Shown here: positions 50,380 to 62,220 of the stretch, piece by piece | How positions within the stretch are numbered: position 1 is the stretch's first letter | Layout of the letters: every line of letters starts with the position of its first letter | DNA from: Felis catus | Taxonomy: Eukaryota | Assembly (NCBI RefSeq): GCF_018350175.1 | Contig: NC_058372.1 | Location: 97,342,001-97,406,000, forward strand | Length of the DNA stretch: 64,000 bases | Direction of reading: 5' to 3' | The notes under the pieces: model-generated | What the model was told of the DNA's origin: nothing | Seen by the model: only the letters and a program-made list of their open reading frames with translations | Database searches by the model: none | Program-made: the position numbers and the translations under genes

Positions 50380-50530
50380 ATAGCAGAAGGATAATGGGTT
50401 AAGAAGGCAGTTCTTTGTGAGCCTGGCTCTGTTCCTGACATTTGGGCAAGTGTCTTGAATCCACTTGAGTTCACATTTTTTTCATCTATAAATGATAGGA
50501 TTGGACCTCAAGATTGCTAAGGCCCTTATT
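50380..50530 (+). mobile_element. MIR/MIR3 fragment
   Basis: ttgggcaagt...ttttcatctataaatgataggattggac...taaggccctt. Confidence 0.65.
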
Positions 50531-50754
50531 GTGCTACCAATTTTCAAAAAATTAAGTTTCAGAAGTTTACTTGTAAATTATTTTTTTGGATTATGATAGA
50601 TTTCTCCTCTAAACATTGTTCTAAATGTGGTGTTCAAGTCCTAGGCTAGCTGGTCTGCAAAAGCCTAATTGCCCAATTAGCTAAAATATTACACCTTTGT
50701 AAGATAAAATACAAGAAAACAATATTCAGATTTCAACATGCATGCTAACTTCCT

Positions 50755-50900
50755 TTTAGCATTTATTAAGTGCTTAGTCACTAGGATTACAATGGTGAAG
50801 CTGTCCTGAAATGAATCCTGCCATCAAGGAAACCAGGGTATTCTATTAGAGGAAATAGACACACCAACAAATAATTGTAAGAAAAATATTATACTTCAAT
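50755..50900 (-). mobile_element. L2 3' end
   Basis: agcatttattaagtgctt...atcctgccatcaagga. Confidence 0.55.
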
Positions 50901-50981
50901 ATTGAATGGGTTAGGAGTGATTAACTATGTGTTGGGAGTGTACAGTGCTAACAATGATATAAAACAGTGATAAAACCACAA

Positions 50982-51152
50982 TTTTTTTTAAATTTATTTA
51001 TTTAAATTCAAATTAGTTAACATACAGTGTAGTATTAGTTTCAGGAGTAGAGCCCAGTGATTCATCACTTGCATCTAATACCCAGTGTTCATCCCAACAA
51101 GTGTCCTCCTCAATGCCCATCACCCATTCAGCCCATTCCCCCCCCCCACCTC
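50982..51152 (-). mobile_element. Very short (170 bp) young L1 3' end
   Basis: Closely similar to 37200-37385; flanking repeat ccacaa. Confidence 0.88.
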
Positions 51153-51559
51153 CCACAAATTTTAAATAAATTTTCTATCTTGTGTAATGCTGGTGATTAT
51201 GAAGGATGAGTGAATGAAATGGAAACTTACGCGAATTCTGAATGGACTCCCATGTGTGTCTGCAAATTTCAGAGGCTGATGAATCTGAGCCTTTTGTTTG
51301 TTAAGCTTTTTGTTTTCTTCTTTTAGGTGTGTCCCTGCCATCACTCTTGGCTTAGTAGTCATGCTTATGATTTTGTTTTTGCTCTAATTGGAGTTAAGTG
51401 AAGATTTTCCTGAGAAAGCTGGAGAAGGCTTAGAAGGGAGAGATGAGGGCAGAGGGAGAAAGCTAAAACTAGTTTCAGTGTATGTGGGAAAAGCTACCTG
51501 ATGAAACTGAATAAGTTATGAATAGTGAGAGCTGAGAAATGACTACAGAGCAAGGAATA

Positions 51560-51720
51560 TATGGAAGGAGCCTTAGAAACATTTATACCAGCACCTTATA
51601 CTGTAAGGTAACATTTATACCTTTTTGAGGCTCATGCCTAAGATTGCCTGGCTAGTGGCAGAGCCATACCTAGAACCCAGATTTCCTGCTTTTACTGAGA
51701 GTTCTTTCCACCCACCATGT
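51560..51720 (-). mobile_element. MIR fragment
   Basis: gctagtggcagagccatacctagaacccagatttcctg. Confidence 0.6.
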
Positions 51721-51724
51721 TGCT

Positions 51725-51727
<3 letters not shown>

Positions 51728-51770
<43 letters not shown>
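51728..51770. repeat. (TG)n microsatellite
   Basis: Direct reading. Confidence 0.95.
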
Positions 51771-51772
<2 letters not shown>

Positions 51773-52062
51773 CATTATATATTTGTTATATTTACATATT
51801 ATAATATTGTCTTTGGGTAGAATTAATTATATTCTCATTTGCTTTTATCAAGGAACTATTTGTCTTTATTTTATAAAGTATAATCTACTTTATTAATCTA
51901 CCTTTAGTTGTACATAACGATAAATATAATGATGTTCAATCTTGTTTTAGCTAATCGCTTAAAATTTACTCTTCAGATCTTTATCAAAGATCGGAATAAG
52001 TTACAAGATTGACTAAATTCATCTTCTTTCTCTTCCTCTTGTCATCTTTATTATTTTTAAGC

Positions 52063-52269
52063 TTTTCAAAAAAAAATTTTTTTTTTGAGAGAGTGCAAGC
52101 TTTTAAGCAGGGGAGGGTCAGAGAGAGAAGGAGAAAGAGAATCCCACACAGGCTCTGTGCTGTCAGCATGGGAGTCCCTTGCAGGGCTCGATCCCACGAA
52201 CCGTGAGATCTTGACCTGATCCAAAGTCAAGAGTCAGATGCTTAACAGACTGAGCCACCCAGATGTCCC
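52063..52269 (-). mobile_element. CanSINE
   Basis: TSD tcatcttta. Confidence 0.88.
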
Positions 52270-52832
52270 TTTCATCTTTAAATAAAAGTGCTAATGAACA
52301 GTAAAATGACAAAAAGCTGAGCAAATATAATGCAGAAGAGCAGAACCAGAGTTCAGAATATTTATAAATGCTATCCTGGATCCTGGAAGTCTTAATGCAG
52401 TCTCTGAAAATATAGAAGGATGATTTTTTAAGGTAAATATTTTACTGAGGTTTAGTTTTTCTTTCTCATTCTAGAAGTTGTGATTATAGAAAAATGAATC
52501 ACATGCATTATGTACTTTGTATTTATAGTATGGTTATATTTTTTAAGATAGAAAAGTTACTGTTTACTTCTGATTATTTGTATAGAAGAAGGAAAAATCT
52601 TGTGGGTAAACTTACTGGATTTTCAAAAAAACAGATTTTGCAAAGCTGCAGATATAGTGGGAAGTTCCTCTTAGCCTGGGGATATATTGCCCAGTTCCTT
52701 TTTGTGGGAGAAAAAAAGTTTACAGGTGCTGCAGTTATGGGTTGGTAGCATAGTTCTAAAAAATTTTTTCAAAAGGTATATACATCAACTTTCTTCCAGT
52801 CTGTGATATGTTATTCATATGTTTTTCTTTTT

Positions 52833-53019
52833 ATTTTTTAAGTTTATTTTTATTTATTTTGAGAGAGAGAGCAAGCAGGGGAGGGACAGAGAGAGGGAGA
52901 CAGAATCCCAAGCGGGCTCTATGCCATCAGCGCAGAGCTGGATGTGTGTGAACCATGAGATCATGACCTGAGCCGAAATCAGGAGTCTGTACTTAACCGA
53001 CTGAGCCACCCAGGCTCCC
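52833..53019 (-). mobile_element. CanSINE
   Basis: TSD gtttttcttttt. Confidence 0.9.
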
Positions 53020-53419
53020 TGGTTTTTCTTTTTTTAACCTCAGGAATGAAAACTCTGGTTTTCTTGGATAAAGTAAACAGTGGGAGAAGAAATGGAATAT
53101 TAATTAAAATTCTGTTGGTTGTGACAGGGCTGGAAATGTATAATGACTAATTTCAGTAAGGCAGCTATCACTTTTTTCCAGGTACTGCTATTTTAGGGAC
53201 AATACATGGGCTCTCTAAGATCTTTCCTTTTATAAAATTTTATGTGAGATAAAAATGCATGCTAGGTTAAAAAATCAGAACATCACATAAGTGTATATAT
53301 ACTAAATATCAAATGCTTCCCCTTCACTACTCTCCCTTCTCCCCATTTTTTCCCTTCTTCCACCCGTGTCTCATTTCTACTTCCCTCCTCAGGAGTAGCT
53401 GCTGTTAAAAATTTAATGT

Positions 53420-54212
53420 GGAGAAATGACATCAGTATTAGGTTGAGTAAGGCATCTCATGTTCATGCCCACCCCCAACAATAATTTGGCATCCATTCAC
53501 AGACAAAAGTGCCTTTGTGAGCAGTGTTAGATTTAGCACCATATGCCAAATCATCTGGGAGGAGGTTTACCCACCTATGTGTCAGGTAATAGGAATATAG
53601 ACCTTGGTCCTGGCTGTGGACCAGCTCTCGCCTCTCCCAGCTGTGGTCTGGGAGCCCCTGGAAACACTCTCTTAAACAGTCACCCAAGGACAAGAGAGCC
53701 TTTGTAGATGTCCGGGTTTCTAGCAGAGGAGTTTCAGCACACTATTGGAGCAAAAACAAAACAAAACAAAACAAAAAAACAAACCCAAGTTTGGACACAT
53801 TGGGAAGGGTCAGAGAAGTGGTTTAACTTTAGCTGCATCACCCCTCCCCTAAGGCAGCACAGTTTAGGGCAAAAAGAGATCTTGGTCTGTAATTTCCCCT
53901 GCAGGGGAACAAAAGAGGATGTGAGTGATCACCCTGCTTCCCCAGCTGTGTGGGATACTGCCTAAGAAGTTCATTCTTCTTTTGCTCCATCCAGAGTACT
54001 GATTCTGACCTGGATGGCTGGAGGGCAGGAGAGAGGCTGGGAGAGGGACAGATAGAACTCTTTGAAGGCATTAAAGAGAGGTGGATCCTACTAACTGCTT
54101 CACATACTTCATCAAGAAGCTTGCTTACAAGCTGCTGGGGACACCTCCCCCACAGCCCCCCAGCTGGCTTGAGGACGTCTCCAGTGCTCTGCATATCACG
54201 TGCGCGCACGCG

Positions 54213-54250
<38 letters not shown>

Positions 54251-57200
54251 CATTTTGTGGCTGATGCCCTGTGCATGCTCCCAATGGTTGTGGTAAGAGT
54301 GAGCTTTGGTAGATGGCTAGTGAGCATGTTCAGAAAGCAGTCTGAATCTGCACATCTGAGAGAGATCATAAAATTGAGCATTAGTGGCATCTCTGGGAAA
54401 ATAAAAGGAAAGTTGTCAGCCCTCAGCCTTGTGTGTTGCAGGATTGAAAGAAGGCACGTAAGCATGTGGTCATATCCTCTTTCAAGGGAGAACAATAATT
54501 GTAGAGCCATAGAAGGTCTGAGAAAGCCTCCAGATCGCGAGTAGGGCTGATGGAAGGTATTTCTCTCCTGAAAGTAATTAGTAAAGATAGGAGGAGGTGA
54601 CTGCTACTTCAGATATGAAGACAACAATGCAAAACTCATGAAAACATGATACCACCAGAGGATCACAATAATCTTCCAGTAACTGATCCCAAAGACATGG
54701 ACACCTGGGGTTTTCCCCATCAAGAATTAAAAATAGCTGTTTTAAGGATACTTAATGACTACAGGAAAACACACCAAATTCAACAAAATCAGGAAAACCA
54801 TACACAAACAAAATGAGAAATTTAACAAAGAGAGAAAAATCATAAAAAAGAACCAAATAGGGACACCTGGGTGGCTCAGTCAGTTGAATGTCCGACTTCA
54901 GCTCAGGTCGTGATCTTGTGGTTTGTGAGTTTGAGCCACAATTCGGGCTTACTGCTGTCATCCTGTCAGTGCAGAGCCTGCTTCAAATCCTCTGTCTCCC
55001 CCTCTTGTTGCCCCTCCTCCATTTGTGCTCTCCCGCAAATAAATATTTTTTAAAAAAGAACCAAATAGAAAATCTGAAGCTGAAGAATACAATGAATGAG
55101 GTGAAAAAAAAGATCAATATCAGACTTAAGTAGATGAAAGAATCAGTGAGATTGAAGACAGGAACTTTACAATCATCCAGTCAGAACAGAACAGAGGAAG
55201 AAGACTGAAAAAGAATGAAGAAAACCTACATAAACTATAGAATCTCATCAGAAGAAACAATCTGTGAATTATTATGGTTCTAGAAAGAGAAAAGAGGGAA
55301 AGGGGACAGAAAGTTTATTTAAAGAAATAATGGCAGAGAACTTTGCAAATCTGGGGAGAGATTTGGATATCCAACTTCATGAAAATTAGAGGTCATCAAA
55401 CAAACCCAAAGCATCTTCTCCAAGATACATTACAATAAAACTGCCAAAGGTCAGAGACAAAGAATTTCAAAAGCAGCAAGAGAAAAAGAAATTTGTTACT
55501 AGCACACCATAAGGCTATCAGATTTCTGAGCAGAAACCTTACAGACCAGAAGAGAGTGGGATGATATATTCAAATATAGCTTAAATTAAAAAAAAAAAAA
55601 CAAACACCTGCCAGTCAAGAATACTCTATTCAGCAAAGTTATCCTTCAGAAATAAAGTATAGGTAAACACTTATCCAGACAAAAGCTGAGGGAGTTCATT
55701 ATGACTAGACTTGCCTTATGTTATAAGAAGTTCTTCAAACTGAAGTGAAAGAACAGTAATTAGTAACATGAAAATATGTAAATATATAATACATTGGTAA
55801 AGGTAAGAATGTAGTTAAATTCAAAATAGTCTTTGGCAGTGTGTTAGCCACTTAAATCTGGTATAAGGGCTAAATGTCAAGAGTATTAAAAATAACTATA
55901 CCTAAAAAAAATAATTATACCTATAGTAATTTGTTAATTAATACACAACATAAAAATGGTTAAATTGTGACACAAAAACAAAAAAGAAAGGTAAGTATAA
56001 AGGATAGAGTTTTTATATGAGATTGAGGTTAAGTTGTTACCAGTGTAAAATGCACTATTTATAAGATGTTTTATGTAAGTCTCAAGGTAACGACAAAACA
56101 AAGACCTGCAGTGGATACTCTAAAGATAAAGGGAAGGAAATCAAAGCCTACCGCTATGGAAAATTATTTGTTTACAGAGGAGGGCAACAAGAGAGAAAGA
56201 AAGGAACAAGAAAACTACAAAACAGCCAGAGCTATTATTAATATAATTAATAAGATGGCCTTAGTATGTCCTTATCTATCAATAATTATACTCTAAATAT
56301 AAATGGATTAAATTCTCTAAAGACGTAGAGAATCTGGATGGATTAAAAACAAGAACAAAAAAGCAAGACCTAACTATATGCTGGCTACAAGCACATAGCA
56401 TTAAGGACATGTAGGCTCAAAGTGAAGAGATGGAAAAAGATATTCCATGGAAGTAGAAACCAAAAATGAGCAGGGATTGCTATACTTACATCAGAGGAGA
56501 TAGACTTTAAGTCAAAAATTGCAACAAGAGTTAAAGAAGACCACTATATAATAATAAAAGGCTCAATTCATCAAGAAGACATAACAATCATATATGCACC
56601 CAACATCAGAGCACCTAAATATATCAACCAAATACTAACAGTCTGAAGGGAGACAGCAATACAAAAATAGTAGGAGACTTCAAAAAATGGGCAGAGGAAC
56701 CAAGTAGATATTTTGCCAAAGAAGACATACAAATGGCTGTGGGTACATGAAAAGATGTTCAGCAGCACTAATCATCAGGAAAATGCAAATCAAAACCACA
56801 ATGAGATGTCACCTCACATCTGTTAGAATGGCTACCTTCAAAAAGACAAGAGATAAGTGTTGGGGAGGATATGGAGAAAAAGAAACCCTGTGCACTATTG
56901 GTGGGACTGTAAATTGATGCAGCCACTAGGGAAAACAGTGTAGAAGTTCCTTAAAACATTGAAAATAAGACTAGCATATGATCCAGCAATCCCACTTCTG
57001 AGTATACATCCAAAAGAAATGAAATCACTATCTTGCATAGATATCTGCACTTCCATGTTCTTTGCAGCATTATTCGCGACAGCCAAGATGTAGAAACAAC
57101 CTAAGTGTCCATCAATGGATGAATGGATAAAGATGAGGTATATACATACAATGGAATATTTTTTGGCCCTAAGAAGGAAATTCTGTCATTTGTGGCAAAA

Positions 57201-57610
57201 TAGATGGACCTTGAGGGCATTATGCTAGGTGAAGTAAGTCCAAGAAAGACAGATACCATATGATATCTCTTACATGTGGATCTTAAAAAGCTGAACTCAT
57301 AGAGACAGAGAGTAGATTGGTGGTTGCCAAGAGCTGGGGAGTGGGGGAAATGGGGAGATGGGTACAAAGTTTCAGTTGTAAGATGACTAAGTTTTGGGAT
57401 CTAATGCACAGCATGGTGAATATAGTTAACAGTGCTTGAATGTTGCTAAGTTCTTGCCATAAAAAAAAGAAATGGTAATTATGTCAGGTGATACGGTGTT
57501 AGCCAATGCTACTGTGGTAATCGTTTTGCAATATGTTAAGTTTATCAGTTGTACACCTTAACCTTACAAATGTTATATGTCAATTATATCTCAATAAAGC
57601 TGAAAGAAAA
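53420..57610 (+). mobile_element. Old L1 with 5' UTR, ORF1, inter-ORF spacer, ORF2 start and 3' end, but lacking the central ORF2
   Basis: GC-richer 5' region; ORF1 motif aaagaaataatggcagagaactttgcaaatctggg; ORF2 start near 56255; jump at ~56683 to C-terminal ORF2; terminus aattatatctcaataaagctg. The 5' boundary is approximate. Confidence 0.82.
54860..55051 (+). mobile_element. CanSINE inside L1 ORF1
   Basis: TSD aaaaaagaaccaaata. Confidence 0.9.
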
Positions 57611-58950
57611 TATGTATCTTCTCAAGTACTTTTCTGTACATTTATATGCATACATATCTTTATGTATGCCTAAGCATATAGTTTTGTTGTAAATTAGTGG
57701 AGTAATAGTTTTATCTAAATCTAAGTTGTGCTTTTTATACCTTGTAGATATCCTGAAGAACTTTTTATATCAGATATAATTCTACCTTTTTCTTTTAAAT
57801 GACTGCTTTGTATTTCTGTTAATGGCTGCACTATCATTTCTAACCTAATCTGCAATTTTTGTATACTAAGGTTTATTGTGTTTCTTTTCAAATAATGTTT
57901 TAAAAAAACCTGTTTACAAATGCATTTTTAGTCACAAGAGTCAATGTTTTTGTAGGATAGTTTCCTAGAAATAGAATTTCTAGGTCAAAGGTTCTGTGCA
58001 ATTAAAGCTTTATTAGGTTTTGTCAAATTACACTTAACTTGTATATTAGCTAACATTGAAAATTAAATGGTGAAATTGAATATACAAATAGTAAGATGAT
58101 TTTTTAAAAGAAGCTACACTAATCCTTCTAGGACACAGCAGGGTATGAATAAATAAATGACAAGAAATCATGTGGATTTAATGTGTGATAACTGAGAATT
58201 TTACTGGATGTTGCTTGTACATATATTGAATCAGTATCATTATTGCAAAATCATAATGGCCAAAATACCTAAAGGTTGTGGAATTTTTGGACTTTTGTTC
58301 TGTGTCTTTTTCTGAACACAGGAGATATGTGTAGTGGTGAGGAGCACGTGGTCTGCAGACCTGTAGCTTCATTAACAGTATGAAGTATGAGTTGAAAACT
58401 TAACTCTATAAACTTAGGGTCAGTTAGTTTGAGATGCTGGAGTCCTCTGATGGGCCAGTCTGTAGTATCTCATCACTCAGGTCTTTTTCTATCCTTTCTG
58501 CACATTCTCATATGTTTTATTTTCCCTAGGGAAATGTATTCCAAATCCTCTTCATTTAACCAAACTACTCCAATTTTAGAATATTTCTTCAACCTACATT
58601 AAGCTTTATCAGTCCTTTGTTTACTTAGTATTCTGTTCATTTCCGTTGCTGAAATAGCTCTTGACAACTCATATGCTTTTATGTCTTTACCCACATTGCA
58701 AAGTAATGGTGATTTCTTTTTCATCTCATTTTGTCTGAACATAAACAAGAAAGGAATCAATGCTACCAATCTCTGACTCTGTGATTCTAGGATCGCAAAC
58801 ACCAACTCTGGGTGGTCTTATGGCTTTAGTTACCACCTATGATGGACATTGTGGTTGTTTCTCCTAAATTCATTCCACCTCTCTTGTGCTGTGTAGTAGC
58901 AATGTGATTTGGATGGGACCAATTGGAGGTGGGGCCAGATTAGTCTAAGC

Positions 58951-59124
58951 CAGTGGTTCTCAACCCTGGTTGCCCATTAGAATGACCTGAGGAGCTTAAA
59001 ATAAAACAGATTTGTCAGCCAACCTAAGCCCTCCTCTGCAAAAATGTCTGGGAATGTGACCTGGATATTGGTACTTTCTAATTCCCAGCTAAAGCTAATA
59101 TACAGCCAGTGTTGAGAACCACTG
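58951..59124. mobile_element. MER5-family hAT MITE
   Basis: Perfect 14 bp terminal inverted repeats cagtggttctcaac / gttgagaaccactg; 174 bp. Confidence 0.85.
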
Positions 59125-59289
59125 GCCTACCAGTTAGAGTATTCCCATCTTCCCTGCCACTTAGCATTGGTTAGCTTGTGTCATTCCCCAAGCCTCATGA
59201 GTTGATTGTAGTAGGCATAATCAGCCTAATCAGCATAGTTCAGGATTTTCGTTTTATGAATGTGGATATATTCTCAGTTTCATCTCTGT

Positions 59290-59505
59290 CATTGAAGAAA
59301 CCCTGCCTCGGGATGAAGTTCTTATTTGGAGGAAGATACAACTCCTTGGCTAAATTTTCTGTCTAAGCTGAGTTCTGACAGAGACTTTCTCCTTGACCAT
59401 ACTTTAGTTAGCCTCCTTAGAACCCTCTTGTCTCTAAGGCCTCAACCCTGTCCATGTCAGTCTTTGTTGAGTCTAGTTTTAGCAAGAATCCTGCTAAGTC
59501 AGTTC
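59290..59505 (+). mobile_element. MER31-like ERV1 fragment (internal end plus LTR 5' part from 59376)
   Basis: tgacagagactttctccttgaccatactttag...ttttagcaagaatcctgctaagtcagtt matches the recalled MER31 LTR start. Confidence 0.65.
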
Positions 59506-59509
59506 CCAT

Positions 59510-59750
59510 TTTGTCATAAAAGCTCCTTAGGAAAGGGACTGTACTGGTTGGCTTTTTCCTGTAGTTTCTAACAATATTGACTTGTACCTAACCTTTGCAT
59601 ATAGATGTTTGCTAATGATTTGTTGAGTTGATTAATATTAACTGAGCATTTACTATCTACTATGTACTACGTACTGTGCTAGGTGCTAGGGACACAATGA
59701 TGAACAACAGACATGATCCTTATCTCAGAACTTGCAGACTTGAAACCAAA
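59510..59750. mobile_element. Two L2 3' ends, tail to tail
   Basis: + copy: ataaagctccttaggaaagggactgt...atttgttgagttga. - copy: actgagcatttactat...actgtgctaggtgctagggacac. Confidence 0.6.
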
Positions 59751-60094
59751 ACCTATTTCTATTACCTCAGTCATTAAAAGAAAACTTCCAGTTTTTTATG
59801 TGCAGTATAATATAACTGGACAAAGTTTCTGAAAAGCTGTTCCATATCATTTTTGTATGGGGTATGGTTATAATAAGTAAATGAATCTGTTCGTTTCAAC
59901 AAAGCTGCTTCTCAAGATAACCATCAAGACTAAGCCTTACTTGGTTAGCATATAATCAGAAGGCAGGAGAGGTAGGACTTTTCCAAGCAAGGGACAGAGT
60001 ACTGCAAGGACTTTCCAATAAGCTCATGTGAATTTTGCATTGCCTTGTATTTCCAAGTAAGAGACCTGGTTGTTTGAACATATCCCGGGTATGG

Positions 60095-60163
60095 AGGTAA
60101 TATAGCAAAGTAATTAAGAATGTGAACACTGGAGCCAGAATGCTTGGGTTTGAATCCTGGTTC
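60095..60163 (+). mobile_element. MIR 5' fragment cut by an LTR
   Basis: ctggagccagaatgcttgggtttgaatcctggttct. Confidence 0.7.
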
Positions 60164-60882
60164 TGGTTCCGAAACCCAAGTTCAGCTACCTGTCACTCAA
60201 AAGGCCACTACCCAAGAGATGAGTTTTGACTAGAAAGGAATATGAACTTTATTCGGGAGCCTGGCCACCTGGGGAGAAGGCAGATTCTTGTCCAAAGGCC
60301 AACTCCAAGGTTTCTGCCTGGCCCAGAGATTTTTAAAGGGGTTTAATCCGTTAAGGGAGTACAGTGATCTGTAACATTTCTTGATGCAGATTTGATGATG
60401 CCACCTACAGAGTTATCTTGGTACTCAGAGGTTGTGTAAGAAGTTCTGGTTCCTTGATGCCCAGGGGTGATTGTGCAAGAAGGTCTGGTTCTTTGGTGCC
60501 CAGGGGTGATTGTACAAGGTCTGGTTCCTTGGTACCTGGAGGTGGTTGTGCAAGAGTATTCTGTTATTTCTGCAAAGGAGGGAAAGGTCTTCAGATACAC
60601 AAAGGGAGGTGAGTAAAGTCATTATGTGACCTTAAAAAGAAAAAAAAAAAACGTTTTGCTAAAAGATTACTGGGCTGATCAGAAAGCCAAGGAGGCTTCA
60701 AGGAGTCTTGCTGGCCTCTATGGCCTGGGAACATTCTGATCCTTCATTCCTCAAGGCCAGTAGTCTGCAAATCTCAAAGAAAGTAAATTAGTTGTGTTAC
60801 AGTTCAAGGGCTTTAAGTCAGCAAGCAAGGAGTGTGTTAATTTGAAGCGAGTTAAACCTAAGACCAGCTGGAGTGTTGTTAC
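60164..60882 (-). mobile_element. ERV solo LTR (ERV1-like), about 720 bp
   Basis: End t(g)gttccgaaacccaagttcagct...tttattcgggagcc resembles a reversed U5/R with AATAAA on the minus strand (60248-60253); other end tgttacca; internal tandem repeats. Family not identified. Confidence 0.7.
60416..60555. repeat. Minisatellite, about 3.5 x 36-39 bp, inside the LTR
   Basis: Units tctggttccttggtgcccaggggtgattgtgcaag(aag)g start at 60445, 60484 and 60520, with a partial unit before. Confidence 0.9.
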
Positions 60883-61079
60883 CAGGCTATCAGAGCAAAA
60901 GCTTGTTCATTATTGTACTTTCAGTCACCATGGAAGTGCCCAGCATATAATGTTCAGTGTTTGTTAGGTTAATCCAAAGTGAATATTGAATTTTCAGGGG
61001 ACTTGATAAACCAGAAGTGTATTTTTTTGTGCTACAAAACAGTGTGGCATATTTGTAAAATATGTGGGACGTCTTTAGT

Positions 61080-61990
61080 ATCATCTTGAAAAATCAATAT
61101 ACAAAAAATATTACATTAATAATTGAATTTCCAAGATTGCTGGATATAAGGTCAATATTCAAAAATCAATTGTATTGCTTCATACGAGTAGCAAACACAT
61201 ACTTAGGAATGTTCATACACTACTGGTGGGAGTATAGGTTGTACAGTCACCTCGGAACACTGACAGGGTTCACTACAGCTGAGCAGACTTACCCTGTGGT
61301 CAAGCAGTTACTCTTCTAGGTTTATATCCAACAGGAACATGTGCACGTGTGCACCAAAAATCATGTGCGAAGAATACTCGTGGCTGCGTTATTTGAAAGG
61401 GCTAATAACTAGAAACAGCCCACATGTCTGTCACCAATGGAATGAGTCAATGAATTGTGGCTTCTTCACATGGTGGATATGAAAAACCGATCAAACTACA
61501 GCTATACACAACATATGGGTGGATGAATCTCAAACACATGAAGGAACCCAATCCCAAAAGAATACATCCTGGGTGCTTCTACTTACATAAAGCTCCCAAA
61601 ACAGGCAAAATTCTATGTTGCTACAATCAGGGTACCGGTTACCTTTGAAGAAGTAGAAGATAGATACCAGGGGGACTCCCGAGGTTCTAGTCATGTTCTG
61701 TTTCTTGATTGAGCTGGACATTTATGTATTTTAAGTTTATTTATTTTGAGAGAGAGAGAAAGCGCATGGATAAGCACAAGCAGGGGGAGGAGCAGAGAGA
61801 GAGAAGAGAGAGAATCCCAAGCAGGCTCCATGTGCTGTCAGCGCAAAGCCCGATGTGGGCCTCGAACTCACGAACTGTGAGATTATGACCTGAGCTGAAA
61901 TCAAGGGTCGGACGGTTAACTGACGGAGCCACACAGCACTCCACTTGTGTACTTTTTTGTACTTGTGTTATACTTACATTATAAGAAGCT
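61080..61990 (+). mobile_element. Ancient L1 3' fragment interrupted by a SINE
   Basis: aaggtcaatattcaaaaatcaattgtatt...actagaaacagcccacatgtc...tggatgaatctcaaa. Confidence 0.65.
61730..61941 (-). mobile_element. CanSINE
   Basis: Full body; degenerate TSD. Confidence 0.88.
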
Positions 61991-62022
61991 TAAAAATATG
62001 TACAAGGTTGTTATGTACTGAA

Positions 62023-62220
62023 TTATTTAAAATGTGTGTTTATTTTCGAGAGAGATCTGAGCAGGGGAGGGGCACAGAGAGAGGGGCACAGACGATCTGA
62101 AGCAGGCTCTGCGCTGCCAGCGGTGAGCCCGATGTGGGGCTTGAAATCACGAACAGTGAGATCATGACCTGACCTGAGCTGAAGTTGGACACTCAAATGA
62201 CTGAGCCACCCAGCTACCCC
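62023..62220 (-). mobile_element. CanSINE
   Basis: TSD ttatgtactgaa. Confidence 0.9.

Noticed and set aside
56660..56710. Spliced L1 RNA as the cause of the ORF2 deletion
   Set aside because: From recalled L1 sequence the breakpoints do not fall at GT/AG; an A-rich microhomology fits better.
60416..60555. CRISPR-like array of ~36 bp units
   Set aside because: Units are contiguous and degenerate with no unique spacers and no cas genes. It is a minisatellite inside an LTR.
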